DNA of 64,000 bases from an uncultured Trueperaceae bacterium (lineage in GTDB: Bacteria; Deinococcota; Deinococci; Deinococcales; Trueperaceae). The notes under the pieces are model-generated. The model was not told the DNA's origin. It made no database searches and saw only the letters and a program-made list of their open reading frames with translations. Shown one piece after another: positions 10,695 to 22,300 of this stretch (position 1 is its first letter; the number at the start of each line of letters is the position of its first letter). The stretch is taken from positions 192,001 through 256,000 of the forward strand of contig CAWFFU010000008.1 of NCBI GenBank assembly GCA_963815215.1, in the 5' to 3' direction. The position numbers and the translations under genes were made by a program.

Positions 10695-12379
10695 TGCCCT
10701 CCGCCGCCCGACGGGGTGCTGCCGCCGGCAGGCACGCTACGCCGGGACGAGGGCGCCACGCTGGGCCCGGCCCCGTTCGCACCGGCCCGGCTCGCACCGG
10801 CCGCGTTCGCACCGGCCCCGTTCGGTGCGGTGCCCGTCGGGGACGTGCCCGCAGGGGACGTACCGGCGGCGGACGCTCCCGCACGAGAGGCGCCCGTAGC
10901 GCCGCCCACGCGCGGGTTGCGGCCGCTCGCCGCGCTCTGTCCCGTGGCCGGGCCACCGCCAGCCGGCACGCGGCCGGTCGGAACGCCACCACCCGGCGCG
11001 CTACCGCCCGATGCCCCCCCGCCGGCAGCGCTGACGCTGGAGCCGTCGAGCAGGCCCGGCGGCGGCTGATCGATGACCGTTGCACCCGATGGGACCCCGC
11101 TCACGGCCGCCTGGTTCCCGGCTTGCGCCAGGATGGTCAGGTTGGTCTGCACCGCCTTGCCTCCCTGGATCAAGAACACGAAGGTATGGGTGCCATCGTT
11201 CTGGACGGCGCTGATCGGCACGATCGTGGCCGTTGCCAGGGTGACCCGGTAAGGAACCGTGCCCACCACGCCGACGGCGGGCGGGTCGGCGGCGGCGCCC
11301 TTCGCGGCACCGGAGGAGGAACCCGCAGCGCCGCCGCCAGGCCCGTCGAAGCGGGCGGTCACGGTGACACCCTGGTTGACAGGGATGCCCGGTCGCTGGA
11401 TGACGGTGACCGGGTATTGCGCGACGCCGGTGTCGAACGACAGACGCGTGCCGGCCGGGAAAGCGGTCGCGTCGGAGGGCGGCACCGACATCTGCACCTG
11501 CCGATCGACGCTGACCACCGTCGCCACTGCCGTCGACGGCCCCACGTACTCGCCGGGCGCGACGTTGAAGGCCGCGACCTGGCCCGCGAAGGGGGCCCGG
11601 ATGGTGGCATCGGCGAGGTTCATCTCCGCCTGCTTGACGCCGTTCTGCGCCTGCGACACGGCCAGCCGCAGCTGTTGGAGGCTGCCCGTCTGGGCACGTT
11701 GGTTCTGCGACAGGTTGTTCTCGGCCGAGGTCACGTTCGCCCGGGCCTGGTCGAGCTGGCTCTTGGCGCTGTCCACGCTCGCCTTGGAAGTGCCGCCGAG
11801 TGCGTAGACCTTCTGGGCCGAGGCGTAGCCCGACTCGGCGGCCGACAACGCCGACTTGGCAGCCTGCAATTGATGATCGAGCTGGGCGGCCGCCTGCTCG
11901 GTGTTCGTCTGCTGCGTGCTCAGGTTGATCTCAGCCGTGCTGAGCGACGTCTTGGCGTTGGCGAGGGAGAGCTGCAGGGTGTCGGTGGCGAGCTGCACGA
12001 TCGGCTGCTCGGCTTGGACGTCGTCGCCGGCAGCCACCAGCAGGGACTTCACGGTGCCCCCGGTCTGCGCCGCCACGTTGCTCTGCGTCACCGAGGTCAC
12101 CACAGCGGTGGCGGTGCGTTCGGCCACCAGCGGTGCGGACTTGACCTCTACGGCCTGCACCGCGATGGTGGCGCCGGTGCCGCCGCCGCCCGGGAAGCCG
12201 CCGCGCGCGGGCGCACCTGCACCGCCCCGCGCGAACCCGGGGGCGCCTCCGCGCGCGGCTCCGGCGGGAGCGCCGCCGCCCGTCCCGGCGGGAGCGCCCA
12301 CCCCGCCGCGAAGCGCGTAGCCGCCGATGCCGGCGGCCACCACCACCACGATCACGAAGACCCAACCGCGGGCCTTCAC
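10691..12379 (-). CDS. RND periplasmic adaptor with long Gly/Ala/Pro tail, module A
   Basis: N-terminal TM, lipoyl halves ([17 protein letters not shown]), long coiled coil, IVPISAV. Confidence 0.9.
   Translation of the reverse strand: MKARGWVFVIVVVVAAGIGGYALRGGVGAPAGTGGGAPAGAARGGAPGFARGGAGAPARGGFPGGGGTGATIAVQAVEVKSAPLVAERTATAVVTSVTQSNVAAQTGGTVKSLLVAAGDDVQAEQPIVQLATDTLQLSLANAKTSLSTAEINLSTQQTNTEQAAAQLDHQLQAAKSALSAAESGYASAQKVYALGGTSKASVDSAKSQLDQARANVTSAENNLSQNQRAQTGSLQQLRLAVSQAQNGVKQAEMNLADATIRAPFAGQVAAFNVAPGEYVGPSTAVATVVSVDRQVQMSVPPSDATAFPAGTRLSFDTGVAQYPVTVIQRPGIPVNQGVTVTARFDGPGGGAAGSSSGAAKGAAADPPAVGVVGTVPYRVTLATATIVPISAVQNDGTHTFVFLIQGGKAVQTNLTILAQAGNQAAVSGVPSGATVIDQPPPGLLDGSSVSAAGGGASGGSAPGGGVPTGRVPAGGGPATGQSAASGRNPRVGGATGASRAGASAAGTSPAGTSPTGTAPNGAGANAAGASRAGANGAGPSVAPSSRRSVPAGGSTPSGGGGQ
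10767..10870. repeat. Imperfect 15-bp tandem repeats in the adaptor tail
   Basis: CCGGCC(c/g)(c/g)G(t/c)TCGCA-like unit x4 (10767-10826), then GGGGACGT(g/a)CC x2; encodes pentapeptides such as [15 protein letters not shown]. Confidence 0.7.
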
Positions 12380-13479
12380 GAGGAACCCCCGGCCCCCGAC
12401 GCGGCGGGGGCCACCAGACCGGTCAGGTCCTGACCGGCGGAGACGGAGAGCGTCACGAGCGCGTTGCGGTAGCCGTCGACGGCCTGCAGGAGGCTGAACT
12501 GCGACGAAGCGACGGCCACCTCATCGGACTGCACCTGGAGGGCGGACACGGTACCCGCCTGCAGTGCCGCCTGGTCCTGTTGCAGCACCGACTGGGCGTT
12601 GCCGAGGTTCTGCTGCGCGATAGCGATGCGAGCGTAGGCGTCATGGGCGGCCTGATAGGCGTTCGCGAGGCTGGTGGTGGCGTTCTGCCGGGCGGTGTCG
12701 AGGCTGCGCCGGGCGTTGTCGAGCGCCGTCTTCGCCGTCTGGTAGGTCATCCGGGGGGTGTAGTCGTTGTCGTAGAGCTTGGTCTGCAGCGTGTACAGCT
12801 CGACCGCCTGCTGCGCTTGCGCGACCGACGCCAGGCGTCCCAGCAGCCCCTGTTCGAGGTCGGCGAGCTTCGCGCTCACCTGCGGCAGGTCGGGTGGAGC
12901 GGCCGCCGTCACCGACCCCAGGTCGGTCACGCCCAGTAGCGTTGCGAGCTGCGAGCCCGCCACGGGCACCTTGGCCTGGGCATTGGCGAGGGTCTGTTGC
13001 GCGCTCTGCAGCACCGTCCGCGCCTTGGATACATCGAGCGACGTGGCGTTGCCGTCGCCGAACTTCGCCTGCGCCACCTGCAGGTCACGATCCGCGAGAT
13101 CCCGTTGGGCCTGCGCCAGGGCCACGTTCTGCTGCGCCTCGTAGAGCGACTGGTAGGCGTTGACAACGCTCTGCAGCACCTGGAGGCGCGTCGACTCGAG
13201 CGCGATCCGACTCTGGGCGGCGGCCTGCTGCGCCTGCGTCTTCTGCAACACCAACGCAGACGGGTCCGCCTGCACGGCCTCGAGCTGCAGCTCCGCGTTG
13301 GCCAGATTGGTCTGGGCGTTCGCCAGCGCGGTGCCCTGGCCGTACGCGCGGGCCAGCGCCTGGGGCAGGTCGATCGTCGCAGCCGGCGTCGCCGTAGGCG
13401 ACTGCGGCTCGACGGCGTTCTGCTGCGCCGACGCCACACCGACGATCAGGGCGACGAGGATGGCCGTGCGGATTCTCAT
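12376..13479 (-). CDS. Short TolC-like protein, module A
   Basis: Signal peptide MRIRTAILVALIVGVASAQ; OEP-type repeats (AQAKFGDGNATSLDV, ALQAGTVSALQV); start overlaps the upstream stop (ATGA). Confidence 0.82.
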   Translation of the reverse strand: MRIRTAILVALIVGVASAQQNAVEPQSPTATPAATIDLPQALARAYGQGTALANAQTNLANAELQLEAVQADPSALVLQKTQAQQAAAQSRIALESTRLQVLQSVVNAYQSLYEAQQNVALAQAQRDLADRDLQVAQAKFGDGNATSLDVSKARTVLQSAQQTLANAQAKVPVAGSQLATLLGVTDLGSVTAAAPPDLPQVSAKLADLEQGLLGRLASVAQAQQAVELYTLQTKLYDNDYTPRMTYQTAKTALDNARRSLDTARQNATTSLANAYQAAHDAYARIAIAQQNLGNAQSVLQQDQAALQAGTVSALQVQSDEVAVASSQFSLLQAVDGYRNALVTLSVSAGQDLTGLVAPAASGAGGSS

Positions 13480-14912
13480 GGGACGCCTCCGGGGGTTGCA
13501 GTGAGCTCTCCCAGCGCGTTGCGCAGTTGGAGCAGAGCCAGGTAGAGCGCGTTCTGATCGGACTCGACGGTCCGTTGGGCCCGGGCGTACGCGACCTTCG
13601 CGTCGCCGACGTCCAGGGTGACGGCCAGGCCGGCGGCGAGCCGCGCCTGCGCCGTTTCGAGAGCCTGGCGGGCGGCGGCCAGCGAGGCCGTGTCCGCGGC
13701 CAGCGACGCTTGAGCCGCCTGCCAGGACGCATAACGCTGGCGTATATCGAGCGCGGCGGCCCGTTCGGTGGCCGACAGCGCCGCCTGGGCGCTGGCCACA
13801 GCGGTGCGCGCGGAGCGCACGGCCGCATCTGACGACGGGGCGTCCAGCGGGATGCTGAGCGAGGCGCCGATGCTCAACTGGGTCGAGACGCTGCCGCTCG
13901 CACCCGGCGTAACGGGATAGGACGCGTTGCCGCTCACGACGCCCTTCTGGAAGTCGAGGGCGACGTTCACGCCGAGACCTGCCTGCGCGCCGCTGGTGTC
14001 GCTGCTCGACAGCCCCACGGCGAGGCTGGCGCCGGGGATCCAGCGTTGCGCCGCGACAGCCGACAGCGACGCCTGGGCCTGCCGCACCTTGAGCTCCGCC
14101 ACGCGCACATCGGTGCGCTTGGGCATGCCTGCTCCCACGAGCGAGTCGAGGGAACCGGCGGGCGCCGCTGGCTGCGGGGGAGCCGTCGTCAGGGGAGCTT
14201 CGCTGGCGGGAACGCCGAGGGTATCGAAGAGGGTCCGTCGATCGAGGTCCACGGCGCTCGCAGCCTGGGTCAGCGTTGCCTGGGCGCCGGCGACGGCCGC
14301 CCGCGCCTGAGCCAGGCCCTGGTCGCTCAGTTGCCCCTGGGCTTGCTGTGCCGTGGCCGCGGCGAGCCTGGCTTGCGCCTGGTCGGCCGCGGCCTGCGCC
14401 ACGTCGCGCGCGCCCGCCGCCTGACGGGCGGCGAAGTATTGCTGCTCCACGGTGAGTCGCAGCCCCGCGCGCGCGGCGTCGCGCCCGAGCGTGGCCACGG
14501 CCAGCGCCGTTTCGGCGTTGGCGATCGCAGCGTCCACGGGCGCCCACGGCAGCACCGTCGCGGAGGCCGACACCGAGACCTTGGCCGCCACTGAGTTCCG
14601 GCCGCCGCTGCCCGCCAGCGTGTCGGTGCGGTCGTAGCTGCCCCCCGCAGACACCTGCAGCCCAGCGTTGGCGCGGGCGGCGGCCAGTGCGTCCGCAGCG
14701 CTCTGGACGTCGAGGTCCGCCTTCTGCCAGGCAGGGGCTCCGGAGAGCGCCGCCAGGGCGTCGGCCAGCGTGAAGCCGGATGCCTGCGTGGGGGACGGAG
14801 CAGGTGCCTGCGCAGCTGCCTGCGCGCGCGCCTGCGGAACCACCAGGAAAGGTGGCAGGACGAGCGCCAGGGCGAAGACCGCCCCCAGCCCTCGCATGCG
14901 GTTGGAACTCAT
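13476..14912 (-). CDS. TolC family outer membrane efflux protein, module A
   Basis: Signal peptide, FTLADAL, beta-strand blocks (LQVSAGGSY, SIGASLSIPL), ARLAAGLAVTLDV. Confidence 0.85.
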   Translation of the reverse strand: MSSNRMRGLGAVFALALVLPPFLVVPQARAQAAAQAPAPSPTQASGFTLADALAALSGAPAWQKADLDVQSAADALAAARANAGLQVSAGGSYDRTDTLAGSGGRNSVAAKVSVSASATVLPWAPVDAAIANAETALAVATLGRDAARAGLRLTVEQQYFAARQAAGARDVAQAAADQAQARLAAATAQQAQGQLSDQGLAQARAAVAGAQATLTQAASAVDLDRRTLFDTLGVPASEAPLTTAPPQPAAPAGSLDSLVGAGMPKRTDVRVAELKVRQAQASLSAVAAQRWIPGASLAVGLSSSDTSGAQAGLGVNVALDFQKGVVSGNASYPVTPGASGSVSTQLSIGASLSIPLDAPSSDAAVRSARTAVASAQAALSATERAAALDIRQRYASWQAAQASLAADTASLAAARQALETAQARLAAGLAVTLDVGDAKVAYARAQRTVESDQNALYLALLQLRNALGELTATPGGVP

Positions 14913-15059
14913 GCCGTCAAGCCTCCGTCACAGGCGTGCAGGAATCGCGCGTACGATGTGCACTTCATGTGCAGACGCAGGGATACCCTAGCAGGTCGCC
15001 GCGCCGCGGCGGCCGGGAAGTGCATCCGGGGCTACAGCGCGCGGACCGGGCCGGGCTGC

Positions 15060-15106
15060 TAGAATCGATAGTTGGCTATGTTGAACTTTTCAGAGTCCTC
15101 AACTGT
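15060..15106. promoter_or_regulatory. AT-rich divergent control region with a TAGAAT -10-like box and imperfect inverted repeats (candidate MarR operator)
   Basis: TAGAAT at 15060-15065; GTTGA...TCAAC and ATAG-ttgg-CTAT dyads. Confidence 0.4.
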
Positions 15107-15160
15107 TGTCGCGGTTCGCGCGGGCTGCGCCCGCGGACCCGACCCCGTGCCCGCCTCACC

Positions 15161-15604
15161 GTGGCCGTGAGCGGCCCCCGCCCCGACACGCGCGCCGGGC
15201 TGCTGACCGAGCTGCACGAGATCACCTTCCGGATGATGCGGGCGCAGCGCCAGGTCGCCGAGCGGGCCTTCTCACCGCTCGGCCTGCGGCCGGTGCAGGC
15301 CTTCGCGCTCGCGATGCTGGGACAGGAGGCCAGCTACCCGAAGGAGCTGGCCCATCTGCTCGACGCTCCGCCCTCGGTGATCTCGGTGCTGCTGTCGGAC
15401 CTGGAGGATCGCGATCTGGTGAGCCGCACGGTCGACCCGGCCGATCGGCGCCGCGTACGGCTCGAGCTCACGCCCGCGGGGCGTCTCGCACTGGAGGCCA
15501 TCCACCACGCCTGGTTCGACGCCAACGCCCACCGCCTCGCCCGTCTCGGCACGGCCGACCTGGAAACGCTGGTGCGGATCCAGAAGGCCCTGCTGGAGGA
15601 CTGA
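15161..15604 (+). CDS. MarR family transcriptional regulator
   Basis: ELAHLLDAPPSVISVLLSDLEDRDLVSRTVDPADRRRVRLELTPAG; start GTG 15161 or 15167. Confidence 0.9.
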   Translation: MAVSGPRPDTRAGLLTELHEITFRMMRAQRQVAERAFSPLGLRPVQAFALAMLGQEASYPKELAHLLDAPPSVISVLLSDLEDRDLVSRTVDPADRRRVRLELTPAGRLALEAIHHAWFDANAHRLARLGTADLETLVRIQKALLED

Positions 15605-15608
15605 CGCC

Positions 15609-16940
15609 ATGAAACGTGCCCTACTGCTCACGCTGCTCCTGCTGGCGCCGGCCGCCGCGGCCCAACAGGGCCAGGACGCGCCCACCCTCGCGTCCTTCCT
15701 CGCCCCCATCGTCAACCAACCGTCGCTGCGTGCTGTCGGCGAGCAGGTCGCGTCCGCGCAGGCCCAGCTCCGGGCGGCGTACGACCCAGTCTCGCTGCAG
15801 GCGTCCGGGGGCTACAGCGCCTTCAACACCACCTCGACCGACATCAACCCCGCGCAACCGGGCGTCCAGAACCTGCCGGCCAGCGGCGGTCAGATCTCGG
15901 CCGCGGTCACCGTGCGCCCCTGGCTCTTCGGCGACACAGCCGACCAGGCCGACAAGAGCCGGCTCCAGCTCGCGCAGGCCCAGCTCGACTACCGCGACGC
16001 CCTCACCGGCCTCCAGATCCAGGCGGTCCAGGCGGCCTACGGCGTGCAGCTCGCCCGGGAGTCGCTGTCCTCGGCCCAGGAGGGCGAGAAGGTCGCCCGG
16101 GCGGCACTCGACGCCACCGGCTTGCGCAACACCAAGGGGGCGGCCAGCGACCGCGACCTGCGCAGCGCACAGACCGGCCTGCAACAGGCCCAACAGTACG
16201 TGGCCAATGCCGAAGGTGGCCTGGCGCTGGCGCAGACCACCCTTGAGAGCCTGGTCGGCCCCACCGCCGCCCCGGACGTGGCGACCCTGACTCTCAAGGT
16301 CCCGGACGGTACCGCCCTGTCGGTCCAGAAGGCACGCTTGAGCGCCGAGTTGGCCGCGGTCTCGGTGCGCAATGCCACACGCTCCGTCTACCCGGTGGTG
16401 CAGGCCGGTTACACCTGGAACGTCGACAGCAAGGACAGCCTCGGGGTGTCGATCGAGTCGCGCACGCTCCAACCGAAGGTCAGCTACGACTTCCAGAGCC
16501 CCGGCACCAGCTTCCCGCAGGACCAGATCAACGGCAACTTCCAGATCGGCGTGTCGCTGACGTTCTCCCCCGGTGTCATCGACGGGCTGCAGGCCACCCA
16601 CGCGCAGCTCAGGGCGGCCCAGGACGGCGTCGACGCGGCGGTGCGCAGCGCCGCGGTGCAGAAGGCCTCGATCGACAACGACCTCGCCCAGGCCAAGCGC
16701 GCCCTGAGTCTGGCGCAACGCCAGGTCGACGACGCGCGCACCACCTTGCACGAGGACCAGACCCGCCAGAAGCTCGGGCTGGCCACCCCCCTAGCCACCC
16801 AGCAGGCGGCGCTCGATCTGACGCAACGCCAGCTCGATCTTCAGCAGGCCCGCCAGGACGTCCTCGCCAAGACCCTGGCGTACTACCGCTTCTACGCCCA
16901 CCCTCTGGTGAGCCAGACCGTGTCGGAGGTCCAGCCGTGA
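15609..16940 (+). CDS. TolC family outer membrane efflux protein, module B
   Basis: Signal peptide, beta blocks (VSLQASGGY, VVQAGYTW, FQIGVSLTF), RQKLGLATPL. Confidence 0.85.
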   Translation: MKRALLLTLLLLAPAAAAQQGQDAPTLASFLAPIVNQPSLRAVGEQVASAQAQLRAAYDPVSLQASGGYSAFNTTSTDINPAQPGVQNLPASGGQISAAVTVRPWLFGDTADQADKSRLQLAQAQLDYRDALTGLQIQAVQAAYGVQLARESLSSAQEGEKVARAALDATGLRNTKGAASDRDLRSAQTGLQQAQQYVANAEGGLALAQTTLESLVGPTAAPDVATLTLKVPDGTALSVQKARLSAELAAVSVRNATRSVYPVVQAGYTWNVDSKDSLGVSIESRTLQPKVSYDFQSPGTSFPQDQINGNFQIGVSLTFSPGVIDGLQATHAQLRAAQDGVDAAVRSAAVQKASIDNDLAQAKRALSLAQRQVDDARTTLHEDQTRQKLGLATPLATQQAALDLTQRQLDLQQARQDVLAKTLAYYRFYAHPLVSQTVSEVQP

Positions 16941-18079
16941 AACGTCCCATCCTCGCCCTCGTCGGCATGCTGCCGCTGCTGTTCCCGGCGGCCCACGCGT
17001 TCGGATTCCAGGACGCCCTGCAGGCCGCGCAGACGCGGCCCGACGCCGTGACCAAGCGGCTCGAGCTGCTCAACGACAGCAACGAGCTGGTCCGCGTGCA
17101 GGGCGATCCCCTCGCCCTCAAGATGGACGTGGTCAAGGCCCAGCAAGCGGTCGCGCTCGATCGCGCCCAGCTCGAGAAGGCCTACGACGACGCGCTGGTG
17201 ACGATCGCCAAGGCCTACACGGGCGTCCTCGAGGCGCGCGAGCAGGCGGCTCTGGCCGACAAGGGAGTGACCGTCGCCCAGGCATCGCTCGACATCGCCA
17301 AGATCCGGCTCTCCAACGGCAGCGGCACCGACCTCGACGTTCAGGACGCCCAGGTTTCCCTCGACAACGCCACCAAGAACGCGCAGACCGCGCACAAGAG
17401 CCTGGCGATCGCCGAAGCGAACCTCGAGGGGCTGGTCGGGCAGACCCTCGACCCTGGCGCCCTCGAGCCGATCCCCGATGCCTTCCTGGTGGCCGTTCCG
17501 TCTACCGACGCCGCCACCCTGGCGCTGCCGCGCACACCTCAGCTGCTGCAGTCACAGCAGGGCCTGGTGCTGGCCGGGCTCGGCGTCCAGATGCTCGACC
17601 CGAGCTACGCCTCGGCCTCGCAGATCGAGTCCGCCAAGACGCAGCTCCAGACCACCGAGAAGCTCGTCGCAGAGGCCCGGCGCGGCCTCCAGATCCAGGC
17701 CAGGAACCTGGTGGTCCTGGCCCAGAGCGCGGCGGAGTCCTTCCGCATCGAGAAGGACAACCTGAACAACGCCGACCAGCGGCTCGGGTTCGCCTCCGAC
17801 CGGCTGAACGCAGGCCTGATCCCCAAGATCCAGTACCAGAAGGCGGAGCTCGATCAGCTCCAGGCCAAGCTCGCGGCGCTGCAGGCGCGCGACGGCTACG
17901 TGGTCGCGCTGCTCCAGCTCCAGGCCGGCACTCAGGTCCAACTGCAGGGACCGAGCGTCTACGACTTCGCGGCCACCGTTGGCCCGCTTCCCGGCGATGC
18001 TGGCGCCGCACCCGGCACGGCCGGGGGCGGCACGACATCCGGTGGGAGCGCGGGCAACGGTGGCGGCAATGGCCAGTAG
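16937..18079 (+). CDS. Short TolC-like protein, module B
   Basis: Signal peptide, IRLSNGSGTDLDV, RLNAGLIPKIQY; clear paralog of 12376-13479. Confidence 0.82.
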   Translation: MKRPILALVGMLPLLFPAAHAFGFQDALQAAQTRPDAVTKRLELLNDSNELVRVQGDPLALKMDVVKAQQAVALDRAQLEKAYDDALVTIAKAYTGVLEAREQAALADKGVTVAQASLDIAKIRLSNGSGTDLDVQDAQVSLDNATKNAQTAHKSLAIAEANLEGLVGQTLDPGALEPIPDAFLVAVPSTDAATLALPRTPQLLQSQQGLVLAGLGVQMLDPSYASASQIESAKTQLQTTEKLVAEARRGLQIQARNLVVLAQSAAESFRIEKDNLNNADQRLGFASDRLNAGLIPKIQYQKAELDQLQAKLAALQARDGYVVALLQLQAGTQVQLQGPSVYDFAATVGPLPGDAGAAPGTAGGGTTSGGSAGNGGGNGQ

Positions 18080-19358
18080 GGCGGCCCGTCGCTCCCTCAC
18101 TCCCCTGCTGCTGGCGCTGATGCTGATCCCGTTGGCGGCATGCGGCGGCCGCAACGCGAGCAAATCGAGCGCCGCCTCGACCGCCGCCCCCACCGCCGCG
18201 CAGACGGCGAGCGGACCGGGGGCCGGCAGTGACGTGCGCAAGGTGCGCGTCTTCCAGCCCCGCCAGGGCGCGCTCACGGCGCAACGCAGCGCCTCGGTGA
18301 CCATCGATCCGTCGCGCTCGTCGATGGTCGCGGCAGGCACGTCCGGGCAAGTGGCCGCGGTGCTCCACCGCGAAGGCGCCACCGTGAAGGCCGGCGAGAC
18401 CGTTGTGCAACTCGACACCACCTCGCTGAAGCTCCAGGTCCAGAACGCCAGGACCGCCTTGGAGAGCGCCAACGTCAACCTCAGCAGGGCCGAGCAATCG
18501 GCCAAGGACGGCCTGGCACAGGCCCAAGCCGCGCTCGAGGCAGCCCAGCAGAACCTGGCGCTGGCGCAGAAGCAGGTCGATGACGGGCACAACCTATTCG
18601 CCGCCGGCGGCATATCGGCGACCGACCTGCAGAGCCTGCAGGCACAGCTCGCACAGGCCCGCTCCGGCTACCAGCAGGCCAGCGACGCTGTCAACAAGGC
18701 CGGGCGCGCCGAGACCGAGGACCTGCAGCTGCAGCGTCTGCAGGTGCAACAAGCTCAGACCCAGCTCGACCAAGCGCGTCACACCCTCGACGAGGCCAGC
18801 ATCACGGCGCCGTTCGACGGGCAGATCGCGGACATGCGCGTCGCCGAAGGGGAGTTCGTGGGCACCGGCAGCGCTGTCTTCCGACTCGTCTCCACCACGA
18901 CCCAGCTCGCACGATTCAACGTTCCGCCGCAGGACGCCCAGCAGCTCTCCGACAAGGGCCTGGTCTACGTGAGCTACGGCGGCCTAGACTACGCCGCCAA
19001 GATCATCCGCAGCACCACCGTGACGGGATCGTCGCGGCAGGTGGAGCTGACCGCCAGCGTCTACGCCTCCAAGCACCCCATGCCGACCGGCGCGACCGGT
19101 CAGGTCAACTACCAGGTGACGCTGGCGTCCGGGCTATTGCTCCCGTCCGACGCGCTCAAGACCGACAGCGGTGAGAGCACGGTGCTGCTGGTCAAGGACG
19201 GCGTCGCGACGCAGACGAAGGTGCAGCTCCTGGCCGAGGTCGGGGGCACCGCCGCGATCCAGGGCCTAACGGCCGGCGCTCAGGTCGTCTACCCGGTCCC
19301 CAGTGACCTGCTGGCGGGCTCCAAGGTCCAGGTCGTGGGGGGCGCCACCTCGCCATGA
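18069..19358 (+). CDS. RND periplasmic adaptor (lipoprotein), module B
   Basis: Lipobox LAACG, AGTSGQV, ITAPFDGQI, LLPSDAL. Confidence 0.9.
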   Translation: MASRAARRSLTPLLLALMLIPLAACGGRNASKSSAASTAAPTAAQTASGPGAGSDVRKVRVFQPRQGALTAQRSASVTIDPSRSSMVAAGTSGQVAAVLHREGATVKAGETVVQLDTTSLKLQVQNARTALESANVNLSRAEQSAKDGLAQAQAALEAAQQNLALAQKQVDDGHNLFAAGGISATDLQSLQAQLAQARSGYQQASDAVNKAGRAETEDLQLQRLQVQQAQTQLDQARHTLDEASITAPFDGQIADMRVAEGEFVGTGSAVFRLVSTTTQLARFNVPPQDAQQLSDKGLVYVSYGGLDYAAKIIRSTTVTGSSRQVELTASVYASKHPMPTGATGQVNYQVTLASGLLLPSDALKTDSGESTVLLVKDGVATQTKVQLLAEVGGTAAIQGLTAGAQVVYPVPSDLLAGSKVQVVGGATSP

Positions 19359-22300
19359 GACGCCTGGTCCAGTTCTTCGTCAACAACTACGTCCTGACCA
19401 TCAGCGTCTTCGGGGCCCTGGTGCTGTTCGGCGCGGTGAGCACCCTGAGCCGCGGCATCGAGCTGTTCCCACCCATCACCGTGCCGGTCATCGCCGTCAC
19501 CACTAGCTACAGCGGGGCGGGACCCGAGGAGGTGTCGCGCCAGGTGGCGCAGCCCGAGGAGGGCGCCCTCACCACGCTCCCCGGCATCAGCTCCGTGAGC
19601 TCGGTCAGCTACGAGGGCTACGCCATCGTCATCGCCCAGTTCAACGCCAACGCCGACATCAACCAGGCCGCCATCGACGTGAGCCAACGTATCTCCCAGA
19701 TCGGCAACCAGCTCCCCAACGGCGCCGGCAACCCGACGGTCCAGAAGTTCAACCCCAACGACCAGCCGATCCTCAGCGTGGCGGTCTCAGCGCCCGGTCA
19801 GGATCTGATGGCCGTGCAGAACTACGCCGAGAACACGCTGCAGCCCGCCATCGAGAGGGTCAACGGGGTGGCGGACGTCACCGTGGTGGGGCCGGCCAAG
19901 GAGCAGGTGCAGGTCCTGCTCGACCCCAACGCGCTGGCCAACTTCGGCCTGACCCCCCAGCAGGTGGCGAGCGCCATCCAGGCGTCGGCACTCGACGTAC
20001 CGGCCGGCAGCCTGGATTTCGCCAACAGCCGCGTTCTGCTCACGGCGCGCGCCACTCCGACCGATCTCGCTCAGGTGGCGTCGATCCCGGTCGATCCCTC
20101 GCGCGGCCTCACCGTCTCCGATGTCGCCACGGTGCGCGACACCACCGCCAGGCCCACCTCCTACGCGCGCCTGAATGGCGAGCCGGTGGTACTGCTTCAG
20201 GTGCGCAAGCTGTCCGACAGCAACGCCGTGGCGACCGCCAACGACCTGCGTGCCGCACTGAAGAAGCTCGACATGCCTGCCGGCTACAGCACGCAGATCG
20301 TGGGTGACACCACGACCTACGTTGCGTCCAGCGTCTACGACACCCTGCAGGAGATGTTGATCGCAGCCCTCGCCGTCTCCCTGGTCGTGCTGATGTTCGT
20401 CGGCCGGCTCGGCTCGGTGTTCGCGGTGGTGCTCGCGATCCCGGTGGCGCTGTCCGGCGCGCTGGTGATGTTCTGGCTGTTCAACTACAGCTTCAACATC
20501 ATCACGCTCCTCGCCCTCACCGTCGCCATCGGCCTGGTGGTGGACGACGCCATCGTGGTCGCCGAGAACATCGACCGCTACCGGGAGATGGGATACGCAC
20601 GCCACGAGGCGGTGCTCAAGGGCGCAAGCGAGGTCTCAACGGCGGTCCTTGCGGCGACCATGTCGCTGCTTGCGGTGTTCCTGCCGATCTCGTTCCTGCC
20701 CGGCATCATCGGCCAGTTCTTCGCCCAGTTCGGCATCACCCTGGCAGCCACCGTGGCCTTCAGCTACTTGGAGGCGATGTTCTTCCTGACGGTCCGCCTG
20801 GCGCTGTCGCCAGATCCTTTCCCGCCGTCGTGGCGCGAGTTCCCGACGACGCTGCGGGGGACCTCCAGCGATCTGCGTTGGGGCCTGCACTTCTACCGCA
20901 GCGTCTGGTTCTGGCTCATCGCCCTGGTCGCGGGCGCCGGCCTCGTGCGGGGCCTGGGCGTGCGCTACCTGGCGCTGCTGGTGCTGCTGCCGGTGCTGCT
21001 GGTGCTGCTCCGCATGCTCCTACGCGTCGTGCTCGCGGTGCTCGGGGCGCTCTCGCTCAACCTGTTCCAGGTGGGCGACTTCCTGGTCACGCGAACCCGC
21101 GACGCCTACGTGGCGGCGCTCTCGCGCCTGCTCCCACGATCCTGGACGGTTCTCCTCACGGCCGGGCTGCTGTTCGCCAGCCTGTTCTGGGTGTTCCCGC
21201 GCATCGGCTTCAACTTCCAGCCGCCGTCGGACACCGGCCAGCTCGTCGTCGACGCCCGCCTACCGGTGGGGACCAGCCTGGCACGCACCAACGAGGTGGC
21301 CACACAGATCGAGGCCAACCTGCTGGCCGACCCTATCGTGACGACCGTGCAGACGACGGTCGGCTCCGGCACCCAGGTCGGCGGGGCGCTGCCCGAGGAC
21401 GCCAGCCTGACCGTTCAACTCGTCGACAAGAGCCAGCGCCACCGCACCACCACCGAGCTGGCGGTAGCCGTCCAGGACCGCTTGCGCACGATGTTCGCCG
21501 CCCACCCGGAGATCCGCATCAACGTCGGCAGCTCCGACCCCAGCAACGCCCCCACCAACGCCGGCTACGACCTGACGCTGGCGTCGACCAACCTGGACGC
21601 GCTGCGCCAACACGCCAACCAGGCGGTGGTCGTGCTCCAGGGCGACTCGCAACTCCGCAACGTTCGCTCCGACGTGTCCTCCAGCTCCACCGAGCGCGTC
21701 TTCGTGGCGGACGCCGCGCAACTGGCAGGCACCGGCCTGACCCGCGCGCAGGTCTTCCAGGCCCTGCGGACCTACAACGTCGGCACCCGGGCCGCCACCA
21801 TGCGCAAGGCCGGCGTGGAGATCCCCATCCAGGTGATGGCCGCTCCCCGCGACCTCGTGAACGAGCAGACCATCCTAAGCCTGCCGCTGTACGCACCCGG
21901 CCTGCAGACCACCGTCACGCTGGGCGACCTCGGTCACTTCGAGACCCGCCTCGCCCCCGCGGTGATCCGGCGCACCAACCAGTCGTACAGCGCCGACGTG
22001 ACGGCCGACCTGGCGCCGGGCGTGACCCAGTCCGAGGCGAAGAAGGAGGCGCACCAGCGGCTGGTGGCGGCCGGCGTCCTCGACGCCCAGGTGGTGCAGA
22101 CCACCAGCGGCAACCTCAACCTGCTGGGCGACCTGCTCAAATACGGACCGATCGCCTTCGCACTGGCCCTGCTGCTGAACTACCTCGCGATCGGCAGTCA
22201 GTTCAACTCCTTCAAGTACCCGCTCTACCTGTTGCTGACGGTCCCGCTGGCGCTGGTCGGCGCGATCTGGCTGTTCTACATCACCGGCAACTCGCTCGAC

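Noticed and set aside
12376..14547. 723-aa version of the short TolC
   Set aside because: The extension overlaps the upstream TolC in another frame; the signal peptide and GGAGG RBS place the start at 13479.
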